Positions 10,498 to 19,853 of a stretch of DNA of 64,000 nt are shown here, in pieces. The stretch comes from Polyangiales bacterium (GTDB taxonomy: Bacteria; Myxococcota_A; Polyangia; Polyangiales; JADJQN01). Position 1 is the stretch's first letter, and each line of letters opens with the position of its first letter. The stretch lies in the NCBI GenBank assembly GCA_964202905.1, contig CAXNJO010000003.1:96001-160000 (forward strand), in the 5' to 3' direction. The notes below the pieces were generated by a model. That model saw only the letters and a program-made list of their open reading frames with translations, was not told the origin of the DNA and searched no databases. Position numbers and translations under genes: made by a program.

Positions 10498-11697
10498 GTG
10501 TCGATCGCCACCGAACCCGCGCTCGGCGTCCCGCGCGAGGAGTGCCCGACGTGTCGGCGCCCGCGCGTCGTCTGCTACTGCGCGCACATCGTCCCCATCA
10601 CGACGCAGACGCGCGTCGTCATGGTGCAGCACCGTCGTGAACGCGACATGCCCATCGGCACGCTGCGCATGGCCGAGCTCGCATTGCCGAACTCCGCGGT
10701 GTTCGTGGGCGTCGACGGGCTCGACGACGACGCGCGCCTGCAGGCCGAGCTCGCGCGGCCGAATACCTATCTGCTCTTCCCCGGGCCGGACGCGATCGAC
10801 GTGAACGAGCTCGCCGCGCAGCGCCGCGACGGCGATGCGCCCATCACGCTGGTCGTCGTGGACGGCACCTGGTGGCAGGCGCGCAGCCTGCTCCGCAAGA
10901 CGCAGTCCCTCGCGGCGCTGCCGCAACTGCGCTTCACGCCACCGCGCCCGAGCGACTATCGGATTCGCAAGGAGCCCGCGGATCATTGCGTGTCGACGGT
11001 CGAGGCGATTGCCTATCTGCTCGGCGCGCTCGAGGGCGGGTTCGCGCGTTTCGAGCCGATGTTGCAGCCCTTCCGCGCGATGGTCGATGCGCAGCTGAAA
11101 TACGTCGCGGAGCGGCGCGGCGGGCCGTCACGACACGCCGTCTCCCGGGAGAAGCGCGCGGCGCGGCCCACGCTCGACGCCCGGCTGCGCGCGCGGATGG
11201 ACGACCTCGTGTGCGTCCACGCCGAGGCCAACGCCTGGCCCACGGCCGACGGCAAGGGTCACGACGCCGAGCTCATCCATTGGTGTGCGGTTCGACCGGG
11301 CCACGGCGAGCGTTTCGAAGCGGTGCTCGCGCCACGTCGACCGCTCTCGCCCGCGACGCTGCGTCATACCCTGCTCGACGAAGCGTGGTTTGCAGACGGC
11401 GAGTCGCTCGATGCCATGAAGGCGCGCTGGCAGGCCTTCCTGCGGCCCACCGACATCCTCGTGACGTGGGGCGGATTCGCCACCGGGCTCGCGAACCAAG
11501 ATGAGATTCCGCTCCCTGCGGAGCGGCTCGATCTGCGCCACGCGACGACGCGACTCGCGGGCGCGCGCCCCGGTGGTCAGGAGGCCTGGCTCGCAAAGCG
11601 CGGTGTCGCGGAGCCACCCGCGATGGGCACAGGGCGCGCCGGAGAGCGCGTGGCGCAGCTCGTGGCGATTGCTCGCGATCTCGCGGATCCGCCCTGA
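10498..11697 (+). CDS. DTW-domain tRNA aminocarboxypropyltransferase (TapT/YfiP-like) with C-terminal DnaQ-like extension
   Basis: CxxC..CYC zinc motif, QHRRE, LLFPG, VVDGTWWQA, YRIRKEP, STVEA; about 190 extra C-terminal residues. Confidence 0.85.
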   Translation: MSIATEPALGVPREECPTCRRPRVVCYCAHIVPITTQTRVVMVQHRRERDMPIGTLRMAELALPNSAVFVGVDGLDDDARLQAELARPNTYLLFPGPDAIDVNELAAQRRDGDAPITLVVVDGTWWQARSLLRKTQSLAALPQLRFTPPRPSDYRIRKEPADHCVSTVEAIAYLLGALEGGFARFEPMLQPFRAMVDAQLKYVAERRGGPSRHAVSREKRAARPTLDARLRARMDDLVCVHAEANAWPTADGKGHDAELIHWCAVRPGHGERFEAVLAPRRPLSPATLRHTLLDEAWFADGESLDAMKARWQAFLRPTDILVTWGGFATGLANQDEIPLPAERLDLRHATTRLAGARPGGQEAWLAKRGVAEPPAMGTGRAGERVAQLVAIARDLADPP

Positions 11698-11743
11698 ATC
11701 ACGGCGCCCCGCGCGAATCCCACGCTCGGTGCGTGGGATTGCC

Positions 11744-13507
11744 TCAAGGCATCTGGCGGCGGAAACGGAAGCGCGGCCAGAGCGTCTGTCCGGGCACGCT
11801 GCGCGTCGTGAACTCGATGGTCAGCACATCGCCCTCGATGCCCCAGTCGAACCCCGCGCGGCCGCCCACGGGACACGTCGCGTCGGCTGCGACGGGCGAG
11901 CTGCTCGCGTCGAAGGGCACGGCGAACGTATTCTGCGACGGCTCGCCGAAGCGCGTCCCGCTCTCGGAGAGCACGATCGTGTCCTGCGCGAGATCGTAGA
12001 CGAGCGCGCCGCCACCCGTGACGACCTGCCCGCGCGCGAGCACGTACGTCTCCGCGAGATCGATGTTGCCGATCGGCGTGCCGACGCCGGTCACCGTGAA
12101 GTCGAGCGACTCGAGCACCCAACGCCCATCGGGCACCGGGCCCTGCGTGAGCGCGGGCGGCGCGGGGGCAACATTCCACATCCCGCGCACGAGCGGCGTC
12201 TCACCCGTCATGCCCGCAGGCAGGCACGCGCCCGGCGAATACGCAACATCCGTAGGCCGGTCGGCGGTGCCCTCGTCGCAGTAGCGCGCCTGGGGCGGCG
12301 GCGTCGCGTAGAGGAAGTTGAAACACATCTCGTCTTCGGTGTCCTCGCCGGAGCGCACCGTCGCGTCGCTCTCGTTCTCGAACACGCACGTCGTCTCGAT
12401 GACGTCGCCCGGCGCGAGGCGCTCGGGCAGCGAGTAGAAGAGCTGCGTCTCGAAGCTCCAGCCCGAGAGCGAGACGAGCGGCGTGCGCGTGCCCGACGCG
12501 CGGCGGATCGATTGCGTGAACTCGGACCCGCGCCGGTGCATGTGCGGCATCCCCGCGAAGAGCGTCGTCTCGGCGGGCACCGTGCAGCGGCTCGACGCGG
12601 GCGTGCGCTCGCGCGGCGGCAGCGAGAAGTTCGTCGGGCCGATCGCGATCATCCCGTATTCGGGGCCGGTCGTCGGGCCGAGGTAGAGACGCACGCCCGA
12701 CGAGTCGCGCAGCCCGTCGCGGCGCGCGCCGTTGTTGTAATGGATTTGCACGACGAAGCGCTCGCCCGGCGAGACACGCAGACCGCCCTCGGGGAACTCG
12801 AGCGCCGACTGACCGGGCGCCCACGCGTAGAGGTACTGCGAGCCAGGCGGCATGCCGCCGCCGCCATAACAGTCGTAATTGCCCGGCATCGTCTCGCGGT
12901 CGGTGTCGCGCAGCAGCACCACGTGGTGCAGCACCGAGGTCTCGTCGAAGAGCATCTCGAAGCGGCGCACGAAGCGGTCCGCGGGCACGTCCGCGTCGAA
13001 GACGAAACAGCGGTAGTCGTTGAGCGCGTCCGGCGCGACGACGTACTCGTCCGCGCGGAAGTCGAGCACGTCGAGCCCGGCGGGCGGGTCGTCGGGGGCG
13101 AGCAACGGCGGCGCACTCGCCACGAGCCCGGCCATCGGCGGCACATCCACCGTGCCGCACGACGCCCAGGCCGCGATCACATCGGCGTCGGCCTCGGGGA
13201 TGCGCGGCATACCGACCGGCGGCATCTCACCCGCGAAGAGGCGCTCGCCCATGAGATCGACGATGCGCGTCCCGCCCGGCCCCTGCGCGAGGAGCTCGAC
13301 GTGTTGCAGCAGCGAGAAGGGCGCGCCGAACGCGGGCGTCGCGCCATGGCACGAGCCGCAGTAGCGCTCGAGGCGCGGGCGCACCTCCGCCTCGTACGTC
13401 GCGAGGTCGGGCTGACAGGCCGGCGGCGGCGGCGGATCGTCCGCCGTGCAACCCGCGACGGAGACGAGGAGCGTGGCCGCGAAGGCACGGGACATTGCGC
13501 GCTTCAT
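11744..13507 (-). CDS. Lipoprotein: cytochrome c domain + copper type II (PHM/DBH-like) monooxygenase
   Basis: VAGC lipobox; CGSCH heme motif with distal MPP; LHHVVL, QIHYNN, PHMH and EDEMC copper-ligand motifs. Confidence 0.85.
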   Translation of the reverse strand: MKRAMSRAFAATLLVSVAGCTADDPPPPPACQPDLATYEAEVRPRLERYCGSCHGATPAFGAPFSLLQHVELLAQGPGGTRIVDLMGERLFAGEMPPVGMPRIPEADADVIAAWASCGTVDVPPMAGLVASAPPLLAPDDPPAGLDVLDFRADEYVVAPDALNDYRCFVFDADVPADRFVRRFEMLFDETSVLHHVVLLRDTDRETMPGNYDCYGGGGMPPGSQYLYAWAPGQSALEFPEGGLRVSPGERFVVQIHYNNGARRDGLRDSSGVRLYLGPTTGPEYGMIAIGPTNFSLPPRERTPASSRCTVPAETTLFAGMPHMHRRGSEFTQSIRRASGTRTPLVSLSGWSFETQLFYSLPERLAPGDVIETTCVFENESDATVRSGEDTEDEMCFNFLYATPPPQARYCDEGTADRPTDVAYSPGACLPAGMTGETPLVRGMWNVAPAPPALTQGPVPDGRWVLESLDFTVTGVGTPIGNIDLAETYVLARGQVVTGGGALVYDLAQDTIVLSESGTRFGEPSQNTFAVPFDASSSPVAADATCPVGGRAGFDWGIEGDVLTIEFTTRSVPGQTLWPRFRFRRQMP

Positions 13508-13697
13508 CGCGCGACTCTAACGCCGTCCGCGCCATGGCGTACAGCGTGACGTGGCCGCCTCGTGTGACATCGCCCGACGCCGCGGGACGCGACGGCCCGC
13601 AGCGCCGTACCACGGCCCCATCCCGCGGTGCGCTCCACCGGCGCCAGGTCGCACGTCGTGCTGCCGCGACGCGCGCGGGCACGCTAGTCTCCGCCCC

Positions 13698-14096
13698 ATG
13701 ACCCACGAGCCGCCGCAGTCGTTCGAGGAGTTCTGGCCCTATTACGTCTCGCAGCATCTCCACCCCGTGAGCCGCGCGCTCCACGTGGTCGGCACGAGCA
13801 TCGGACTCGCGCATCTGCCGGCGGTCGCGGTGTTCCCGCCCGCGCTCGTGCCCGCGCTCGCGTGGGGCTACGGGCTCGCGTGGCTCGGGCACTTCGCCTT
13901 CGAGAAGAACCGCCCCGCCTCGTGGAACTCGGCGCAGCATCTCGCGTGGTCCTTCCGCGGCGACATGCGGATGGTCCGCTACACGTTCACCGGGCGCATG
14001 AAGGCCGAAGTCGACCGCGTGCACGACCGCCTCGCGGCCGAGGAGATCGAGGCCGCTGCGCCGGGCGCCTCGTCCTCGCCGACCGTCCACGCCTGA
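13698..14096 (+). CDS. DUF962 / Mpo1-like membrane protein
   Basis: SFEEFWPYYVSQH..RALHVVGT, AWLGHFAFEKNRPA and WSFRGD. Confidence 0.85.
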   Translation: MTHEPPQSFEEFWPYYVSQHLHPVSRALHVVGTSIGLAHLPAVAVFPPALVPALAWGYGLAWLGHFAFEKNRPASWNSAQHLAWSFRGDMRMVRYTFTGRMKAEVDRVHDRLAAEEIEAAAPGASSSPTVHA

Positions 14097-14100
14097 GCCG

Positions 14101-15019
14101 ATGAGCGCGCTTCCGCGCGACGCGCTCGGCCTCGCGCTGCGACCACCGCACCACGCCGCGCTCTTCGCGGAACCGCCCCCGCTCGCTTATCTCGAGGTGA
14201 TCAGCGAGAACTTCCTCGGCACAGCAGCGCTGCCGCGGGAGCGGCTGCTGCGCGCGCGGGAGCGATATCCGATCGTGCTCCACGGCGTGGGCCTCAACCT
14301 GCTTGGCCACGCGCCGCTCGACGAGCCTTACCTCGACTCGCTCTGCCGCCTCGCGGACCATGTCGACGCGCCCTTCGTCACCGATCACCTGTGTTGGACG
14401 GGCGCGCACGGCCTCTCACACCACGACCTCCTGCCCGGTGCCCTTCGTGCCCGAGCTGATCGAGCTCGCGGCGGAGCGCGCCGCCTACGTGCAACGACGT
14501 CTCGGTCGCCCGTTCGGGCTCGAGAATCTCTCGAGCTACGTAGATTTCACGCGCTCGACGATGACGGAGTGGGACTTCGTCTCGGCCGTCGTGCGCGAGG
14601 CGGGGTGCGGCCTCCTGCTCGACGTGAACAACGTCTACGTGTCGAGCCGCAATCACGGCTTCGACCCGGACGACTACCTGCGCGCCATCGACTTCTCGCG
14701 CGTCTTGCAAGTGCACGTCGCGGGACATTCGTGCGAGCCGGACGGCACGCTCGTCGACACCCACGATCATCCGGTCACGGACGACGTCTGGGCGCTCTAC
14801 GCGCGCGCTTGGCGGATGGGCGGCCCCTTCCCGACGCTGCTCGAGTGGGATGAGCGGATTCCGCCCCTCGACGAGGCGCTCGCCGTCCTCGCGCATGCCC
14901 GCGCCGCGCGCGAGGCCGCCGAGTCCCCGCAGACTGCGCCCGATCCCGCGCATCGCGACGCCTCGAGACTCCCCTTCTCGAATCCAGCGTTCGACGCGAA
15001 GAATCCCATGCTCCGATGA
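14101..15019 (+). CDS. DUF692 multinuclear non-heme iron oxidase (MNIO; MbnB/TglH/BufB family), frameshift near 14437
   Basis: GLALRPPH, LEVISENF, HGVGLNL, TDHLCW, HDLLP; then next frame LENLSSY, LLLDVNNVYVS, HVAGH, DTHDHPV, LLEWD. Confidence 0.92.
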
Positions 15020-15895
15020 GCGGATCCTCGACACCCGATTGGCTCGCCCATTTTCAGGCGGGATTCGGCGCGATACTGCGCGAGCCGCTCGATCGCGAGA
15101 CGGGCACGCTCACTGCGCGCGTCGACCGCTATGCGCCGGAGACCGTGCGCGAGATTCGCGACGCCGCGAACGCGAGCGCCGCCGCACGCCTCGCCGTCTA
15201 CAACCGCCAATACTGGTTTCGGCTGTTCAGTGTCTTGCACACGGCCTATCCACTCACGACACGCCTGCTCGGTGCGTGGCGTTTCAACACGCTCGCGCAG
15301 GCCTTTCTGAGCGCCCACCCGCCGCGCACGTGGACGCTCGACGATGTCCCCGAGGGCTTCGACGACGCCCTGCCCGCGCTGCTCGGCGACGACCCCCGTC
15401 GCGAGGTGCTCTCCGAAGCCGCGCGGCTCGACGCGCACTGGCGCCGCCTTTTTCACGCGCCCGACGTCGCGCCCTTTCGCCCTGGCCCCGCCGACGCCGC
15501 GCGCCTGCCCGACGCGCGCCTGATCCCATCACCCCGCGTCGCGTTGTGGCGTGAACGCACGGCACTGCTCGCGCTGCGCCTCCAACTCCCGCCCGGGCTC
15601 GACCGTCCGCTCGCGCTCCCGTCTGCGCATCCCGCGAGCGCATGGTTCGCGCTCTGCGCAGAGCCAAATGGCATTCGCGCGCTGCCGCTCGACCCGCGCG
15701 AGGGCGCGCTGCTCGCGCTGCTCGCGCGACATCCAGTGCGGGACGCGCTCGCGCTCCTCGAGGCGGAGTGCGCCTGCCGAGCGAGCGCGACTGCCCTCCC
15801 CGCGAAGACACAGCGCTGGCTCGCGCAGAGCGTCGCGCGGGGGTTCTGGGCGGGATTCGCGGACGGCGCCGCCCAATCCCACGCTCACGGGATGA
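15016..15895 (+). CDS. DUF2063 (HvfC/BufC-like) MNIO partner protein; 3' end uncertain
   Basis: ATGA overlap with DUF692; RLAVYNRQYWFRL, YPLTTRLLG, F..HPPRTWTL; as sequenced the ORF reads on to 16293 through the island junction. Confidence 0.8.
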
Positions 15896-15931
15896 CGCAG
15901 GTATATCCGGTGCAGGTGTTGAGGCCGGCGC
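15884..15931. repeat. 48-bp direct repeat, left copy (copy of precursor gene 3' end)
   Basis: CTCACGGGATGACGCAGGTATATCC[G/C]GTGCAGGTGTTGAGGCCGGCGC; 47/48 identical to 19806-19853. Confidence 0.95.
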
Positions 15932-15954
15932 CTCGCCTCAGGCCGCGTGCCCGC

Positions 15955-16416
15955 TCACAGCGCTCGACGGGCAAGATGGCTGAGCGCCGCAGCCGATTGC
16001 ACCGACGCGCGACCGACATCGCAGGCGATGTTGAGAAGGTTCGAGACAGCGGAACAGAGGACGTAGGCGACGATCCCCGCCGCCATGGCTGGGATGCCAA
16101 CCAACCATCCGCCTCGTTCTGCGAACAGCAACGACGCCAGCCCGAATCCCACTCCCACGAAGAGATTGACCCATGCAGCCGCCACGAGGAGATTCGCAAC
16201 GAAGTGGGCGTGGGCATAGGTCGGGACAGAAGGTTCGACGTACTCGGAATCATCACGCGCGGAGGAGAAGGGAGCAGGAACGCGACGCGCTGATTGTCCA
16301 CCTGTCGCCCGCGTTGATTGCACTCCGCCGAACGCCTGCACATCCGATGAACCGCAGTGGCCGCAGGCAGAGCCTCGATCCGCCAACATCGCCTGACAAT
16401 TTCCACACACGTACAT
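15955..16416 (-). CDS. Zinc-ribbon membrane protein
   Basis: MYVCGNC..CGHCG followed by two hydrophobic segments. Confidence 0.65.
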   Translation of the reverse strand: MYVCGNCQAMLADRGSACGHCGSSDVQAFGGVQSTRATGGQSARRVPAPFSSARDDSEYVEPSVPTYAHAHFVANLLVAAAWVNLFVGVGFGLASLLFAERGGWLVGIPAMAAGIVAYVLCSAVSNLLNIACDVGRASVQSAAALSHLARRAL

Positions 16417-16516
16417 CCCAAGGTCTCCCTTCACGACGACAATTCCGGTCGCCTGCATAACCACAACTCACATAAAACCAAATCTTAACCACCGACTCGC
16501 GCTAGGGTCTATTTCG

Positions 16517-17953
16517 GGCACTCCACCCGGTTTGATGGGTTCACAACAGGTGCTCATGCGTGACGTGGTGTGAGCACAAGGCCCGAGCAACAAAGGTAGA
16601 GCGTCGCGATGAGAGCGGTCGCGGAGTGGAAGCCGAAGGCTCGTTTCGTGATGACTCTGGCCTTCCCGTTGAAGCCCTCGCTGCGCCCGTTCGAGATGCC
16701 AGTGCGGATGTACGCGATTATGCCTTCGAGGTGTTTGCGGATCGTCTTGCCGACTCTCACGAAGGGCTTGAGCTGCGAGCGCGTGGCCCAGTCGATCCAG
16801 TTCTCGAGCCTGCGTTCGGCATCGTCTACCGTGGCCGTGCTCAAGATCCACGCGAGCATCGTCTTGAGCATGTAGGCGCGGTAGAGCGGCGCATTGGTCA
16901 CCATCACCGTCGATATCCGTTCGGTGTCCTTCGGCGTGTGGTTCACCTCGTTGCGGTGGAGCGAGTAGCGCGTGTTCTTCACGGCCTTGCCCTCCGGAGT
17001 GTTCTTCAGCTCGTGGACGATCTCGCGTCGAACTTCGTCCAGCGCGTCGTGAGCCAGCCGCTGCACATGGAAGCGGTCGAATACGATCACCGCGTTCGGC
17101 GCGTTCTTCTTGATCGCCGCCTCGTACGCGGCCGACATGTCGATCGAGACAAACTCGAGCTTCGCGGCGCGAACAGAGCCCAAGTCCCCGAAAAACTGGT
17201 CGACCGTTGCACCGCTGCGTCCTTCGCTCGCCCAGACGAGTCGGCCGCGGTCGTGGTCCACGACGACGCTAATGTACTTGTGGCCCTTGCGGTACGAGAG
17301 GTCGTCGAGCCCGATCGCGCGCAGCCCGTCGAGCAAGTCGCCGCCGGCGCGGAGCAGACGAGCGACCACGCGCGAGATGATGTTGCCGACGGTGTCCCAC
17401 GAGATGCGCATGTCCCGTGCGACGCGCGTCCGATCCGCACCTTGCGCCTTGTAGGCCACGAGCTCCTCGAAGTCCGACGTGTGCCAGGCCGCGTGCTCCG
17501 CCCACGGCACGCGCTCGGTCGTGGGGCCGCACTGTTGGCAATCGACACGGGCCAGTCGGTAGCGGAGGTACACCCGCGTCTCGCCGAGATCCGTGTGCCG
17601 CCATTGTCGCACTCGATGGTCATAACCTCGCCTGCAACGCCGCCCACAGGAGCCGCAGCACGACGTCCGTGTCGTCGGCTTCACGTCAAGCACGAGCGTC
17701 TGCCGGTCGGCGCTCAGCTCGAACGCGATCACGACCGTGTGTTGGGGGTGGAGTCGTGATAGCGAACGGAGTAGCGTGGTGGCGCGCATCGGGCCTCGAT
17801 GTGGTTGGCGTAGAGAACCAAACCGTACCGCGGTCCGTGCGCACCAAGTACGCCGTCATGCTGATGGCCATATCACGCGAATTGCCCTTCTCTCGCCGCA
17901 TCTTCTCGACCCAGAACCCGCTTTCGGAGCCCACGAAACCCAGTCGGAGAGCC
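16517..17953 (-). mobile_element. ISL3-family insertion sequence, apparently intact
   Basis: Imperfect terminal IRs (GGCACTCCACCCGGTTTGATGGGTTC / reverse complement GGCTCTCCGACTGGGTTTCGTGGGCTC); 8-bp target duplication CTATTTCG at 16509-16516 and 17954-17961. Confidence 0.9.
16554..17789 (-). CDS. ISL3-family transposase
   Basis: Zn finger CGSC..CQQC, GLDDLSYRKGHKY, SIDMSAAY, FDRFHV, SNGRSEGFN, AFGF. Confidence 0.95.
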   Translation of the reverse strand: MRATTLLRSLSRLHPQHTVVIAFELSADRQTLVLDVKPTTRTSCCGSCGRRCRRGYDHRVRQWRHTDLGETRVYLRYRLARVDCQQCGPTTERVPWAEHAAWHTSDFEELVAYKAQGADRTRVARDMRISWDTVGNIISRVVARLLRAGGDLLDGLRAIGLDDLSYRKGHKYISVVVDHDRGRLVWASEGRSGATVDQFFGDLGSVRAAKLEFVSIDMSAAYEAAIKKNAPNAVIVFDRFHVQRLAHDALDEVRREIVHELKNTPEGKAVKNTRYSLHRNEVNHTPKDTERISTVMVTNAPLYRAYMLKTMLAWILSTATVDDAERRLENWIDWATRSQLKPFVRVGKTIRKHLEGIIAYIRTGISNGRSEGFNGKARVITKRAFGFHSATALIATLYLCCSGLVLTPRHA

Positions 17954-18037
17954 CTATTTCGGTCCCCGCGAGGCGAACAACAGGTGCACGACCACGATCA
18001 GTGCGTGTGGTCGCGCTCGTCCGTGGCGCGCTTTGCT

Positions 18038-19759
18038 CTATCGCCCGGCACGCGCGAAGAATAGTTCAATCACTGTTCCGCTTTGCTCAAACCGCCTCAC
18101 TTCTCCAGTCGAGTCAGTGCTGATCAGTTGGCCTTGCTCACGAGACGAGATCTCGTAAAGAGCAGCATTGTCCCCGCGACCTCCACCGTCGTGATCGCGA
18201 AGATGGATGATCAGTCTCTCGCCGCCGGAAAGCGCGAAGGTCCCGAGGAGGTACGACTCCCCTGCCCAGCCCGCTACCAGACCCGGCCTCGAGATTCGTT
18301 CCCCATGACTCGTCTCAATACCTTCCCTGTTACGAAATCCGGCGGTGACCCAGATTTCTGGCGATTCTCCTTCGAACATCCCTTGATCCCAAGGACCGTT
18401 TGTCCGACGCGGGGGAAACCGTACGGATCGCACAGCAATCCTGAACTGATCGAGCACTGAACGTTGTACCGCGCAGTCCGGCACTGGCGTGAGTTCGACG
18501 GCAACAACCTGAAGCGGTCCATCTTCACGATAGAACGCTTGCACTTGCTCCATAGGAATGGCGTTAGGGGTTTCGACTCCTCTCGGACGAAACCCGCGAG
18601 CCTGCAACGTCGATGCCGCTTGACCTGTTGTTCGTGAGCGCGAAACATCACCGCTGAAAGGTCCAATACCCCCCGACAACGACGCCGTGATTTCGACTTC
18701 CGTTCCGCAATAGGCTGCATCGAATCGACGCCCGTAGATTAGCTTGGAAACGAAATAGCGAGCCTGCGGCGGAAGGCTGGATTCCGTGAAACGAAGCCTT
18801 CCCGTATTCAACTGCTCTAAATGGTCTTCTTGGATGACCGAGACAGTCCGGATACGGACTTCTCGATTCCTGCCAACCTCTGCTTCGAAGTTGAAAGCTC
18901 GAGCAGCGGCTCGAAACTCAACTGCTTCGTCGAAGCTGAGCGTTGTACCCACAAAATTGTTTGTTGGTGCACTTTGGACATCATCCGCGCGAACTGGAAG
19001 ATGCTCCACGGCTCCTTGGAGGGGTTCCAAATCATCGGAGTACAAGCGCCCCAAGGAGCTTGAACCCATACCCCTTGCTAGCGGCAAGGTTTCCCTTGAT
19101 CGAGTCGTCCTCGTCGCGTTCTCGCCGCACTCACTCGGTGGCCCCGAAACCGCTGCATTGGCTGTCGAAGGGGACGAGAAGTTCCCGCTGCTCGCCGCCG
19201 AGGCAACGGCATGATTTGCTGCGGAGGCCACGGCGTTACGGGGCGGGAGCTGGTCGCGTCTGCTCGTGATCGTCAGGCGGGCGGAGATGCTTCGAGCAGA
19301 TTCGTAGGAAGCTACCCATACCAACCATCCCCCGGAATCCACTCCGTTCAAGTCGACCATCGGGTTGGTGCTCTCGGGGATGCCGTCGTCATTGCAGAAC
19401 CATCGTCCGCTCGGTGAACGGAGTACGAGGGCCGCATCTCCGGTCCCTGCATCCACGAAGATGCGCATGAAATCCACGCGCCCTTGAACGACGACTCGTA
19501 GGCCCGGGGTGGATGCGGAATAGCCAAGGCAACCCTCCCCGAGGTTCATGGTCTGAACATTGATTTCCGGCCCTGCACCGGCCACACCCGCCGCGACGGG
19601 AATCTCAAACCCGGCAGCGAGCGTCGAAGCATCCACAATTTGAGTCCCGTGTCGTGCAGCCGTTCCATCGAGCGAGAGATTTTGAGCGCGTGCGTTTGAA
19701 GGTGCACTGCTCATCCAGACTCCGACGCCGATCATCAAGAGCAGCAAGACGCGTCGCAT
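18038..19759 (-). CDS. Secreted multidomain protein: PPC-like domain, possible MACPF/CDC-like region, C2-like domain
   Basis: Signal peptide ending ARA-Q; CLGY..LVLRSPSGRWFCNDDG..WVASY; YFVSKLIYGRRF; PWD..PEIWV..LRDHD. Confidence 0.7.
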   Translation of the reverse strand: MRRVLLLLMIGVGVWMSSAPSNARAQNLSLDGTAARHGTQIVDASTLAAGFEIPVAAGVAGAGPEINVQTMNLGEGCLGYSASTPGLRVVVQGRVDFMRIFVDAGTGDAALVLRSPSGRWFCNDDGIPESTNPMVDLNGVDSGGWLVWVASYESARSISARLTITSRRDQLPPRNAVASAANHAVASAASSGNFSSPSTANAAVSGPPSECGENATRTTRSRETLPLARGMGSSSLGRLYSDDLEPLQGAVEHLPVRADDVQSAPTNNFVGTTLSFDEAVEFRAAARAFNFEAEVGRNREVRIRTVSVIQEDHLEQLNTGRLRFTESSLPPQARYFVSKLIYGRRFDAAYCGTEVEITASLSGGIGPFSGDVSRSRTTGQAASTLQARGFRPRGVETPNAIPMEQVQAFYREDGPLQVVAVELTPVPDCAVQRSVLDQFRIAVRSVRFPPRRTNGPWDQGMFEGESPEIWVTAGFRNREGIETSHGERISRPGLVAGWAGESYLLGTFALSGGERLIIHLRDHDGGGRGDNAALYEISSREQGQLISTDSTGEVRRFEQSGTVIELFFARAGR

Positions 19760-19805
19760 GGTGCACCTCGAAACAAGAAGTATTGACTCTGACTCTGTGA
19801 AAGAA

Positions 19806-19853
19806 CTCACGGGATGACGCAGGTATATCCCGTGCAGGTGTTGAGGCCGGCGC
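19806..19853. repeat. 48-bp direct repeat, right copy
   Basis: Matches 15884-15931 with one synonymous difference (Thr ACG/ACC). Confidence 0.95.

Larger units (their letters stand above)
15884..19853. mobile_element. ~3.9-kb direct-repeat-flanked island with no integrase
   Basis: 48-bp repeats at both ends; interior visibly more AT-rich than the flanks. Confidence 0.75.

Noticed and set aside
15896..16293. C-terminal extension of DUF2063
   Set aside because: Read-through across the island junction, antisense to the zinc-ribbon gene; not protein-like.
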